From NCBI RefSeq assembly GCF_009914755.1, contig NC_060926.1: a stretch of 64,000 nucleotides of DNA. The stretch is one strand, 5' to 3'. The stretch comes from the human T2T-CHM13v2.0 reference genome, Homo sapiens. Below, piece after piece: positions 21,636 to 34,450 of the stretch (its first letter is position 1; each line of letters opens with the position of its first letter). The position numbers and the translations under genes are program-made. The notes under the pieces are model-generated. The model worked only from the letters and a program-made list of their open reading frames with translations, had not been told where the DNA came from and ran no database searches.

Positions 21636-24600
21636 AAGAATGAGGGTGAGGATGGCTTGAGGAATGGGTAGAAGCTTGCATTTTATCTAATACATGACAG
21701 AGATTGTAGAATAAATTGGCTATGTTTTTCTACACTCTGTTTCAATAGTCAACTAAGTTGCTTTCTTCTTGCATACCAGCTTATTGATGGTGGGTAGGTG
21801 GACTAAAAGCCTTTTGTGTTGCAGGGGGAAAACAAGCCTGAGGTTTAAAGGAAAAAAATGGTCTTAGTGAATCCGCAGGGTGGGTGAGAGCTCAGCCAAT
21901 ATGCTCTTTGGAATCCAGACAATTCAGTGACAGTAACACTAGCGTACAAGTGCTGGGGAGGTCAGATGAGTTGAGTTTGTGACATGTGCAATCACTCTGG
22001 ATGTGTTTGATTTTCCTACGGTATTTCATGGTGACTTTTAAATTTGAAAGGGAAATGACCTTGTTTCCAGTTCCTTTCCTAGCCAGTATTGCTCCTTCAA
22101 CAAATTTTGGTATGTTTTATAAGTAGAGTTCTCGAGTATCTTAACAGATGGAGTTTACAAGTTTATTTTCTAGTAGAAATGGTGATTTCAAGACAAGGAA
22201 GAAGTTGTAGGAGCTATTTATTTTTACTTTGTAAAAGGAATACCTTCCTGGCAAATATACAAGTCAATAAGCAAGCAGACCCAACAGCTTTCTTGGAAGG
22301 AGCCAGCCACTGTAGGTATGGGAGAATTCCTTTGGCTAGCCTTAGCTTCCCTGTGCTTCTCTTGCACTTGTGTTGGCATAGTTGGTGGATGTTATTACTA
22401 GCGGTGTGTCCTACACGCCATTCATTCATGGAATATGGCCCTGGGAGAGGAATCTTAATGTGAAAATAAAATTGTCATTGTTTTTCATTGGCTTAGGGGA
22501 CATCTCACATAATGGAAGCACATCCCTAAATAGAAAGACCTCAATTCAGGAAAAAAAAAAAAATACAAAGAAAAGGTGAGGAGAGAGAGATGTTCTCAGT
22601 GCAATCAGCCGGAACTGAAAAATTAAGATTTTGTTTTGTGCAATGCTAGTTGCCTTGCCAGTCTCAAGCTGGCACTGTGGGCTTGCTGGAGCTGCTGAGC
22701 CTGAACTGAGGAAAGGAGACAGTTTGCTTCGGGTTTATTACCCAGCCTCACCATGCGTATCAATATGTTTTTGATTTTGTATTTCAAAAATAAGGTGAAT
22801 GATCTCGAAAGGAAATCATTGCAGGCGATTTTATTTTTTGCTTTTTCTAATGGACAATTAAAAAGCAATCCTGGTCCTATTCCAGAGATTTTCTCATTTC
22901 TCAGTACAACTGTAATTTAGGCACACTGAATAGTGTAATGGTGTTATTAGATATTATCGTGTTTATTTTATTCATGAAAATATGTGACACACCTTATTTG
23001 TATTCTCCTCCAGGAAATGTCCTGGAATGGGTTTTGTCCTAGTTCCTTTTTGTGCCTGTCATAAGGTGTATGTTAGAGTTTCAGTTCCTAAAAATAAAAT
23101 AGAATTTCTTTCTTTCTTTCTTTTTTTTTTTTTTGGAGAGCATAATGATTTTGAGCTTCGAGGAGTTTCAATAGACTATTGTTGTTTGTTTTCTTACAAG
23201 GATCCAGCCCACCAAGTCGCACTATGACACACTTCCTATGTCCATGGCAGATATTTATATTTATATTTCAAATTAAAACAAGTATAATTTTCTTCTGAAA
23301 TTTTTTTGGAATTTTGTTTTTCGTGATCTGTAAGGTAATTGGAGATACCCCAGGCTGTCACAAAACCAGAGCTGGGAATCACTGCTTTAGTGATTAGCAC
23401 TTTGTAAGCTTTCAAAAAATATTAAAACCAGGATAGGTTGTCTAATTTCTAATGGGTGGATTCACTTTAGTATAATGTAATGTGTTAACAAATGCTCAGA
23501 GAGGAGGTTGTGGATCCAGAAAGATGGCTTTTGCAGAAGGCTTTTATCCAAATTAATTCAAAAAATAACAGGAACAGTTGTGTATTGAGGCAGAAGGAAT
23601 AAGGTGACTCAATTAAATGACAGAGAAATCTCCAGGAAAAAAAACTGTCTTAAGTCAACCCAACCCTAACAGTACAATTTTCATCACTGGAGTCAATAAT
23701 CCTGTAATAAATGCATAATAACTTTTAAAAAAGGATTCTTTTATTAAGTACTTTTGTATGGTTGGCTATGAACCAAATATTGAAACCAAATATTGCTTTT
23801 CTTTACTTTAAAATTGATAAAGCTATCTTCTATGTCTCTAAAGAGAATCTTAAGTGAGAAAGATAAAAAAAGTAATTTGCAAATAAATTCACCTGCTGCA
23901 TTTGTGCCTGAAGCATCCTATATTTACCTAATTCATTTTTGGCCCTTGCTTAGCTCTAGCCATGGCGACACACTGAGAAATTAATGCCAAGTCCTCCCGG
24001 CTTTCTGGAACATTTGCACAGGCAGCAGTGAATAAGCATGGGTACAGAAGCCTTAAGGTTTGGGTCCTACTCAGGAGGGGTCTTCAGAGCTGGTCTTCAG
24101 CAGTTTCTGAAGAACCATTGTGCAGTCTGGCTAATTGGTACTGTTAGCCTGTTGCCATTTAGGGAAAGCAATTTGGTCCCTGCCCACATTTAGAGTTGGG
24201 CTCAACACACTGGTAGTCCTGGATTGAGAGAGCTCAGAATCCGTCAAGTTGATACTAAAACCTAAATCTGCTTTGTGGGTTTCTGAGACAGATTTTGGAA
24301 ATTTTTGTGGTGATCATGGATATGCAATTCACAGATCTACTACTGTATACAGAGTTTGAAAAGAAAGTCGAGTAAATTAACAGGTAGACTGAGAGAAGTT
24401 ATGTTATCCTGAAAACACTTCTGTTTTCTAGTTTGAGCATCTTTTGGTAGGGATGTCTGGTTTGGGTTTCATGAGTTTTTTGCCTGGTGGTCTGCAGGGT
24501 AATTTACATTCCAAAAGATAGGCTAGGCTGTCTTCCTCCTGCTCCTGAAAGCTCTGGAAGGTGTTCTCATACCTTCCACATAGTTGTTTCCACAGCCTGT

Positions 24601-25118
24601 TTTGGGAAGATAATCCTCTATCACTTGATCAGTACAGGTAGCATCTACCTAATACTCCAGTGGTTTTGATTATATTTTTACTATAACTTTTTCCAAGGAA
24701 TAAAATCGTCTACTGTCTTTAAAAGAGGATATTTAATATTATTTGGAAAACAGTCTCTTTCCTTGTTAACTTTTCCTCATCTTTACCATCTAGATTTGCA
24801 GGTACAAACACAAGTGAAGAACCACTTCATACCAGCAGTGATGCTGTGGTCCTGAAGGTGCCAGCTCCTGTATACTTCCCCCTCATTTATTTTTTTTCTT
24901 AAAATTAAATTTTCATTTATGTAGTTTACTTCTTAGCTCTCTGCTATTTTTATATTATATCTCACAATTTAGGATTTGCTTGGAATGTAAAATACATTTC
25001 AAGCTTGAGGAAGAACAAGACTAGATAAATTCATAACAATTAGCCCTTCTTTTCTTTTCCAGAATGATTGAGAAGGGGAGGAATTGATCCCATTCTACTT
25101 GGGGGCAATTAGGCTTTC

Positions 25119-25330
25119 AGTCTGTGGCTCAGTTCACAAGCATCTGATGCCAGTGGTGCCAAGGTCAAGGGTTTGATCCTCATGTGGGTCAGTTTGCTGC
25201 GTGTTTTCTCAACAGATTGTGTGGAAAGTGTGCAGTCACTGGGAAATGCCGGTCATTAAGGGGACTGGTGAACAGATGGGTGGTAGGTGAAAATCTAGCC
25301 TCACTCCTGGAAAAACAAAGCCCGTGCCAT
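25119..25330 (+). mobile_element. MamSINE1-like tRNA-derived SINE
   Basis: tRNA-Ile-like head GGCTCAGTT...TGCCAAGGTCAAGGGTTTGATCCTCATGTGGGTCA, followed by body GGTCATTAAGGGGACTGG...CACTCCTGGAAAAACAAAGC. Confidence 0.7.
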
Positions 25331-25380
25331 ACTGTCTTTTTTTTTGTTTTTTTCATCTGGACAGAATGCACCACTTAAAA

Positions 25381-25505
25381 TGTGAGCTTGTTACTCAACC
25401 TTCCTTCATCTCTGTTTCCTCATCTGTAGAACGGAGATAAGATTTGCTCCCTTTCTACCTCACCAGGATCTGTGAAGATTAGATAATGGCTGTAAAGTCC
25501 TTATA
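25381..25505 (+). mobile_element. MIR fragment
   Basis: CTCTGTTTCCTCATCTGTAGAACGGAGATAA...CTACCTCACCAGG. Confidence 0.75.
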
Positions 25506-26426
25506 CAAAGGTACATACATTACCATAAACAAAGAGATTAGCTGACAAATAAAAAAGAAAATATTGAAAGGACCCCCCAAAGTGTATTGCCTAATACTTT
25601 TGCATTAGTATCAGTAGTTTGCAGTGCAATCCATTTGGAGTTTGGTTTGGCTGAAAAAAGTTAGGTGTGAGTTGTATAACCTCTCTATTAGTAAGGATAA
25701 AAAAATGGTTTGATAGTGAACATTTGTATTAATAAAAACAAAGTGGGCTTTGAATCTGAAACAGGTTTCATTTGAAAAGGAGGTGAAGGCAAAGGTCTCT
25801 AGGAACATATGTGCCACTGAGCAATATTTGCATATATTTGATCTGCAAGCACGCTTCAGTGATTTTCACAGTATACCTTGGAGTTTAGGTTGTAGCAAAG
25901 AGCCGTTACCATTGCTCAGCAGCACGATCTACTCTCTCCAGCTTTATTATGGCATACAGCGACAACTTCATTTTTAGTGTTAAAAAAAATCCTCTTCACT
26001 TAATTCAGACAGTGACCTGCAGGCCTCATTCTGACTGAAGGAGCCATTCAGAATACTTCCAGACAAAAGCAGGGCTTTTTCCTAGCAACCAGATCAAAGC
26101 CAAATCTCCCAGAATAGCTCCCTCCCAGGTTTCCTTTGGCGCATAGGTTCACAAGGATTGTAAGGCTCGTGGTATCCAGTTCAAACTTCTCTTTCACACT
26201 GCAATGGAAAGGAAAACTCCTGAGGAATTTTCACAGACTCTGAAAGCTGGCGAGCCTTGCAAAGAGCACTTAATCCTGGGAGAACATGGTGGTCATTGGG
26301 AGCATCCCTAACTTTGTTATCGCCTGCATCTGCATGTACATTCTGTCGGACTCTCAGAGAATGAGGTCTCTGTTTCCTTTCTGCCAGTACCTAATATCAG
26401 CTATGCCCAGGAGCCGGCTGATGAAG

Positions 26427-26463
26427 ACTTCCTGTTTGTTTTGAGTCACTGTTAGAGTGATAA
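26427..26463. promoter_or_regulatory. FOX:ETS, AP-1 and GATA motif cluster
   Basis: ACTTCCTGTTT (26427), TGAGTCA (26442), TGATAA (26458) within 37 bp. Confidence 0.35.
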
Positions 26464-29036
26464 ATATACTTTAGCTTTCTGCTTCGAGAGGAAAGAAACC
26501 AGCTGCCCTGAACTGAAGAGAAAAATGCAGAAATTCCACTGAATGGCCCTGTTATCATGGAGTTTCAAGGGCAGCATAAAAATGAAAACTATAAGCCTGG
26601 GCAAAATGAATAATTTCCATATTAAAGCATTTTGCTGCATGCATAGACCTAAGTTGTTTGTCTTTAATCATTTAGGCGAACCATGCATTTTTCACTCTTC
26701 TAAGACTAACTCAGCGTTTAGAAATTTTTAAAAAATGTAAACTTACACTACAGAGTAATGGTAAGTTATATAAATAAACAATTACAGTTGTGGTTTTTTG
26801 ATCTGACCACAAGCTTTTAATGCCACTTTTTTTTTTTGCATGAACATATAATGCTTCTGGATAAACAATAATGTTTACATTGTCAGGGCATCTACTGTTG
26901 TATTGAGTCATTTACATACATGATTATTTGGATATAGAGTAACCCAAGAACAAAAGAATATTATAAAATTATTTAAAACCAGAATGACAGGAAATCCTTT
27001 ACAGCTTAAATAGCACTTCTTAAATGAACTCATAGACTTTCTAAGTTGTGTTTATATCTCATTTTTGTCCTTTTATTTTGAATAAAATAAAAGGATGTTG
27101 GATTTGATGACCAGTGTCCTTTGAGTGGAAATTACTATGTTAACTCTGACCTGGAAGACAGTGAATTTAGAATGCTTGTTAATGTGAATGTCGTGATCAC
27201 TGCATTCGGCGGGCTTTTCTTTTTTAGGCTTGGTATAGACTTGACTTCTAGAAGTTGCGAGTTGGAAAACATGGCAACAATTTGCATGTGCTTGGAGTGG
27301 GTATGAGTTGCTTATTTCCTCCCAGTAGGTATGGTCTCATTAAAACTATTTCTAATAGTAGAAGATGAGTAATTTGCTAATAATCTATGATAAATCTTTC
27401 TGTCCAGGATAAAAGAAATGTTTAATTAGGAAATTCAAAATAAAATTAGCATTAACACTTTCATGCTGTCAAATTAGTGATGTAGACAGGGAGGCAGGAT
27501 GGTGTGCATCGGCCTTATGTCAATGTATCTGGATGCATTTGTAAATTAAGACTTAAAAATGCACATGATTAGCTGTATGTAAAAAGGTTCCTCAACATAC
27601 TAAAGTCAATGATTGGGCCATCAACACAGCGGCTTCCTAGATGGGAGAATTCCAGCGCCAAAGGCTTAATGGAGAATGGGTCCTTAGCCTTTAAAATCTC
27701 ACATCAAAGGAAAATCATGTGAAAGCGGCAACCCATAAAGGAGGACATGCATTTAGAGATGCTCTGCACATTAGTTAAAACAAAGCCAATTATGCTAAAT
27801 ATTGTTTTTACATTATAAATATGTTGTATGTACTGTGTGTCTTTTTTATATTCTCACTTTACTGACAGAGGGAGGAGGAGAAGGAAGTATTTTTAAAACA
27901 TGACTAAGGATGGAAGGATTAAAGGACTGAATAATATATTTTCTTGTCATAATGGAGACCTGTAAGTACATGAACTTAGAAATAATAGAACCAGAGAATG
28001 GATGGTATTAGGAGGAGAGGAAAACAAATAGCAAAGCCAATATTTTCTGTGGGTAGGAAAGAAGGGTATAAAATTTATTAGATAAGTGTATTGCAAAGCC
28101 AAGTATGGCAGGGAACAATTTTAGTGGATATATCTGCTTCTGTACTTTTAAGAGGAGGTTAGAATTTGACATAAATAGATGAGATGGGGTTTAGGTGAGG
28201 TGTTTTTGGTAAAATCTATCATTTAAAATAAAATGGAACTTTAATTGGGTGGGACCTATCACTTACCAAATGTAAAAAGGTGTGATAAAACCGCCCTTTA
28301 CTTTTTTCAGCACTAATGAATGTCAAATACCTAGTGCTGAAGTGAAACTATTATGGTCAAATTGACGCTACACATGTCAAATCGTCATTCTTCTCAGCAA
28401 CAGTAATTGCTTAGATTGTTTAAAACTAGCTTTGGTTGTGATGGTACATTTGTGATCCAGCCTTAAGGAATGAAAAAGCTGTAGGAATTCTCCCCACTTA
28501 TAACCAACATCCATTTCTACATGATTGAATAAGAACATAATAATCACTTCTTATGTTTGCAGATTACACTACAATTTACGAAATGCTTTCACTTGTAACA
28601 CTTTGAGTGATCCTTGGTTGTGTCTGGTTCTGGTTGTAAATGGGAACAGTAACAGGTAGTCCTCTGTCCTATGCCAGTGGCCATGATGCCAGCAATGTGG
28701 TTCCTTTTTAGGGGGCAGCCATGTCCCCCACCCTGCCTAACAACATTTCAGGAGCATCTTCCTATGAAGCAGATGCTGGAAAATGAGTATTTTTGAGTGT
28801 AGTCACTTGTAGAAAAGTGAAATCAAAATGTGTTCCATAGCAATTAACCCCATATTTCCCTAAACTTATCGTGACACCACATTCCTGATCACAAGAGTTT
28901 TAGACTGTTCTTTTGAAGAAGGTGAGGAATAGGCAGGGGAATAACGACTATGAGATATTTAGAATCATTTACTGTGTGAGTGAAGGCTTTTAAAAAAGAA
29001 TTCATTTACTGGAAGTAATGAGGATGAGGAGGGGTT

Positions 29037-29108
29037 TTTCACACCTGTTTTCACACTTATGAGGTGATAAGTCCAGCCCTCACGAATAAAATGGCAGGTT
29101 TCACACTA
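29037..29108. promoter_or_regulatory. Homotypic T-box site cluster
   Basis: TTTCACACCT (29037), TTTCACACTT (29049), AGGTGATAA (29062), TTTCACACTA (29099). Confidence 0.4.
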
Positions 29109-29299
29109 AACCCACCCAGGCATACTCCTCTAGTCTCCTAACTCATTTATTCTTTGAGAATAAAGAGTCAGAGGCAAGATCGCTTGCTCAAATGAGTGTC
29201 GGAGAGTAGTTCCTGTCATTCTTGCTTTGCCATGCTGTCTTCCAGATAGATGTATATGCCATGATCTGCATATCATGTATGGATCTCCAGACCACCATT

Positions 29300-30070
29300 G
29301 CTAGTCTCCAACGACTTTCACTCTAGACCAACAACCTTCTTCTTTGTACTATTACTCTTGATCTTTATATTCAGTGAATTAGACAACTGCATTTATAAAT
29401 TTTACCAACTGGACTCACACAGTTTTTACATGTCTTGGGTCCTCTTGACCACCATTTCTATCCTGCTTCAGGTACTCATTGACATGAATGTAATTTAATT
29501 CACACCATATTTCACCTCTCAAAATGCCTATGTGGTCACAATCTAGAGTCATGGAATGTTTCTTCAAGTGGAATCAACCTCAGAGATTATGTAGGGCAAT
29601 ATCTAAAAACCAACGAACAGAACTCTTGTTTACTGACTCTCAGGCTCATTCTTTAGCATTTTTCATCAGGTCAGGAAATGCCACCCTCATCTACACAGTT
29701 GTTGAAAAGAAAAACTCCCAGGACTCCTGCTTGATTCTTATGACCTTCACCACCCTCTATCTAGTCATCAGTCAATCTTATCTTCTTGCTATCTTGAATC
29801 TATCCAATTCATTTTCAAGAGCCAGCCATCATCTCTCACCTTGATATGGTAAAAGCTTAAAATGCACCTCCTTGCTGCATATTCTCTCACATTTTCCTGT
29901 GTTATTTTCTACATATCACTTTCTGAAACTTTGTTTGTGGATTTGCTTCCTTTGTGATTTTCTGGCTTTGCTACCTCTTAGTAGGATATCAGTTCCAGGA
30001 GAGTGGATACACTGAGTATAGAGTGCAACATCAGAGGCACTCAATGAATATTTGTTGAGTAAATGAATTC
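29300..30070 (+). mobile_element. L2 fragments (probably with an inserted MIR piece at about 29500-29660)
   Basis: GGAAATGCCACCCTCATCTACACAGTTG... and terminal GGCACTCAATGAATATTTGTTGAGTAAATGAAT. Confidence 0.65.
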
Positions 30071-30077
30071 CTACTAC

Positions 30078-30200
30078 ACAGACTAGAAATATGGGTCACA
30101 AAGAAGTTAAGTGCATTTCTAAGGCTCACAAGATTAGTTAGTAAATCTACAGCTAGAATTTAGGACTCGATTCTCTGTCTAAAGCTCTTGTCATTTACCA
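30078..30200 (-). mobile_element. MIR fragment
   Basis: AGAAGTTAAGTGCATTTCTAAGGCTCACAAG...GCTAGAATTTAGGACTC. Confidence 0.6.
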
Positions 30201-30513
30201 TATTGTGGCTACTATTATTATTACCTTGTAAGACTGTATTATATAGATTTAGGAATGCTGTCCTCAGAGCTTCTGGCTTGCACTGTGGGGCTGTCTGGAA
30301 AGTGAGTGCAACTAATTATAAGATCAGTAACTAAGTGGCTGGCTAAAGTCCAAGACAGACCTGTTGCAATAAATTCTACTCTTTAGCAAAATTTTAGCAT
30401 ACTGTCCAATGTAGGTAAGTAGCTTTAAAGACCTCTGCAAACTTCAACCTTCTAGGTGATCATCCAATATTATTTTAGTTGTAATGTCACTTTTAAATAT
30501 AAAACCATTTAAT

Positions 30514-30763
30514 CTTTCTTTCCTTCTTTCTTTTTCCTTTTTTTCTTTCTTTCTTTTTCTCTCCTTCCTTCCTTTCCTCCCTCCCTCCCTTCCTTCCTTT
30601 TCTTTATTGATGGAGTCTTGCTGTGTTGCCCAGGGTGGAGTGCAGTGGCTATTCACAGGAATGATCTTAGTGTACTACAGTCTCAAATACCAGGCCTCAA
30701 GCGATCTTCCTGCCTAAGCCTCCCAAGTGGCTGGGACCACAGGTGCATGCCACCACACCCAGC
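30514..30763 (-). mobile_element. FAM (fossil Alu monomer) with tail decayed into a (CTTT)/(CCTT) tract
   Basis: GGAGTGCAGTGGCTATTCACAGG is the reverse of the FAM/7SL-type CCTGTGAATAGCCACTGCACTCC; monomer about 30607-30763, pyrimidine tract 30514-30606. Confidence 0.85.
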
Positions 30764-30957
30764 TATTTAATTTTTAATGTAGTTTTTCCTTCTGTCTCTG
30801 GGAAGTACATTTCCACCTTTTAAGGCATATCTTTCTTTCTGTGCTTGTGTTTTGAGTCCAATTTTTCAGCCTCTTTTGAGATTTTGTTTACTCATGCAGT
30901 GGTAGCCTCTTTCCTACAACCCTGCCTTTCCCTCTTCACTGCCTTCATTTGTAAGCT

Positions 30958-31165
30958 ACAGTGCATGGGCATTAGAGTCTGGACCTCAGCTGAACCCAGG
31001 CTTTCCCACTTACAGGATTTTTGGCAGCGGACAGGTTACTTTATTCTTCTGAACCTTGATTTCCTTGCACATAAAATGGGGATAAGGGAGGGCAATTGTG
31101 TCAATTAAGTAAAAAACATGTTAACTTCCTGACATATAATATGCACCTAATGATAGCTATAAACA
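30958..31165 (+). mobile_element. MIR SINE
   Basis: GCATGGGCATTAGAGTCTGGAC...CTTCTGAACCTTGATTTCCTTGCACATAAAATGGGGATAA. Confidence 0.75.
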
Positions 31166-31337
31166 TTATAAAAACAATCAGATTTCGCTTATCTGAAAAA
31201 AGCATTAACAGAAATGAAGACAACGCCAACATTCTCTTAGCTCTGTTCTCCCTGATTATTAATGCTTTGCTGCCTATCAATTATGTTCATGGGCAAAATT
31301 CTTGACAAATAAGCTCTATATTTATATTTTTCCCTTT

Positions 31338-31430
31338 CTGTTATCAGATATAACAGATATAATACTGTTATCAGATATAACAGATATAATACTGTTATCA
31401 GATATAACAGATATAATACTGTTATATCTG
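31338..31430. repeat. 27-bp minisatellite, three perfect copies plus a partial, internally palindromic
   Basis: CTGTTATCAGATATAACAGATATAATA at 31338, 31365 and 31392, then CTGTTATATCTG. Confidence 0.95.
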
Positions 31431-31731
31431 GACAGACTAGAAACATGTGCTGTTCAGTGTCAAATGTAACACTCTTGATTTTTCTAGGCAACCTATGGTT
31501 ATTATCAGAAATTTCGTATTTCTCATGTGTCTATGTTCTTATGTTGTATTGTGAATCCCAGTCAATTAGGAGAATGAGGCAAAGTTCACTAAGCTAGCCT
31601 TGTGGTTCAAGACAGCTGGAATTTTCTACTGCAGGAGAAATATTCCATAGTCTTCTAGAGACCATCAGAAGAACCATGTGGCATCAAGTACCCTGCCTAA
31701 CTGGGTCGTGGGTTCATGGATAGAGTTCTAG

Positions 31732-32177
<446 letters not shown>

Positions 32178-32457
32178 TTAGAGATAAACCGCTGGAAGGT
32201 GCAGCTGAAGATGGAACTTCATAGGAAGTTAGATAGAACTTTACAGAAATGATGACCCATTCACCATAGCAGATCTACTCTTGGGAAAGGTGAGACGTGA
32301 GTGGTATTCTCAGAACTGCCAGAAAAATTTTGTCATAGATTGTGTAGATCTGTCTATGGAGACAGACTTCATCTGAGGATCATGATGAACATTGGGTAGC
32401 TGCTCAGTTGGCCTGTAAATAATAATGACTTATTAGGTTATTTGACTTTCTTTTTTC

Positions 32458-32491
<34 letters not shown>

Positions 32492-33964
32492 AAATTAAAT
32501 GTCCTTCTGCTACACAAAGTAACCAGAGTTCTTGCAATTGTAGTTTCCAAGTATCTGCTGTGGGGCTCCAAACCAAAGACATGGAAAGCATCTAGAAAGT
32601 TACCTAGGTGTCAGCGCCGCACTCTTCTCTGGAAGAAAAGAGGCTTCTCCTATATGGAACTTGAGCAGCAACCCAGGTTGCACTCATTCTTATTTTTCTG
32701 TCCCCTAATGCGCATTACCCTACCTGGCCAAATACAAACTACCGGTTCCATGCTGACCTAACCCATCTTAAGGAATAAAATACCTACCACATATTTTCTC
32801 CTAACAGCTAAAATTATTTGAGCCAAGAGTTTCAAATGTTTTATTTTAGTTGGAATACTACAAACAGCCAGTTACTGAAGATTAAATTGGGTCAACCTTA
32901 ATAGAAATGTGTTATATTCTGGTCTTATGTGAAGTACCATAGGCATTTTGAGGCCTCTGCGGTGCCTCTTCTTATGTGGTCCCTCAAGGGTTTTACTGGC
33001 AACAAGGACGAGTTTGCTTGAATAGAGAGCAAATCTATCTCCTTTTATTGTTTTGTATTATATTTATCATCATCTTATCTTCACTGTGTGCCAAACAGTT
33101 TTCCATGGAATGATTTATTCTAATAATTAAAGGAAGGCAATATTCTTTTGGTGGATGACTGTTTTGTCTGAGTTATAAAATATAATTTGCCTTTTTCTTT
33201 GTACCATTGTTCCAGAAAAGATTCATCTTTAATTAGTTTGAGGTGTACTGTGGCTTACCTTTGTCTCCAAGTAAAAGATTTTTCTTTCTCAAAAACAGAT
33301 GAATTCTAAGTTGACAAGGTAAAAAATCTGCAGCAAGATTAAAAATGCTAAGATTTCCCATTAAGAAGTTGCTTCTAAGTTGCTACAATTGAGCATTAGG
33401 TATTGAACACCTATTAAAGAAATACTTGTTTGCATTATGTTAGATGTAAATTAGGTGACTCATTTTCTTCATCTCTTTCTGTACATTTATTTTTAAACCT
33501 ATTCTGAAGCAGGAACTAGGACCAAATGAAACTAAAGCATCTTTTCGGTTTGATTGGCCTCATATTCTTCAAAGAGCTGAGTATGACCCAGAGCCTGTCG
33601 CCTTTTATTAGTAATTAAAGTGAGACACCAAAAGATTTTATAAGCTCATAATAGCAGATTAAATATCAAGACTATAGCCCACTGAACAACACTGCTATGT
33701 TTAAACTGATCCTGTTGAATATTGCCCTCAGACCATTTTAATACTTAATATTATAGGATGGCCACAGAAAAGTAGAGTAATGAAAAACAAGCATTATGTT
33801 TTGTTGCTTTCACTTTTGTTGGGAAGGGGTTTTCGCTTTGAATGGAAAAGAACCTGAGATAAATAATGGCCTTATAGCATCTATTGCTTTTGTTGCATTG
33901 ACAAATGCTCCTGTAGAATGGTGGTGGCCATTCCTTTCTACTGAAAAAATCTACTTTGTTTTTC

Positions 33965-34450
33965 TCTTAACTAAAGCAATTCATGAACATTACATGAATT
34001 TAGGAGGCGCAGATAAATAACATGAAGAAAATTAGAAACCATGCTCAATCTCACAACTTAAAAACATCACCATCGTTAACATTTTGGTGCACATCCTTTT
34101 AGATATGTCACCCATGCATGTTTATGCACACATTTAAAAATAGTGCAAATCTTACTGTAACCTTTAAAGTTTCTATTTACATAAGAATGTATGTTGGATA
34201 CATTTCAGTGTCATTAAATAGTCTTTCATAACGCTCTTTGTCTTGGCCGTGCCATTATTTATTTAATCAGTCCCCTAGTGTTGAGCATTAAGGTTGTTTC
34301 CAGTCTTTTCAAGATTATAAATATGGTTGGCATAAGTGTTCCATGTAGCCAAATATTTGCCCACATGCCTGATTATTTCCTTAGAGCATATTTCTAGAAG
34401 TGGAATTGCTGAGTCAAACATGTAATGAATTTTAGACTTTTTAGTATCTT
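33965..34450 (-). mobile_element. Old L1ME 3' fragment
   Basis: TTTATTTAATCAGTCCCCTAGTGTTGAGCATTAAGGTTGTTTCCAG...TCTAGAAGTGGAATTGCTGAGTCAAA. Confidence 0.75.

Noticed and set aside
25119-25191. tRNA-Ile gene
   Set aside because: Anticodon and D arms are degenerate, the B box is mutated, and the sequence continues into a SINE body.
28703-28717. CCTTTTTAGG CArG and AGGGGGCAGC CTCF half-motif
   Set aside because: The poly-T CArG is a weak SRF site at chance frequency, and the CTCF 5' CC core is missing.
31338-31430. CRISPR-like array (27-bp partly palindromic repeats)
   Set aside because: The repeats are directly adjacent with no spacers, there are no cas genes, and the DNA is primate.
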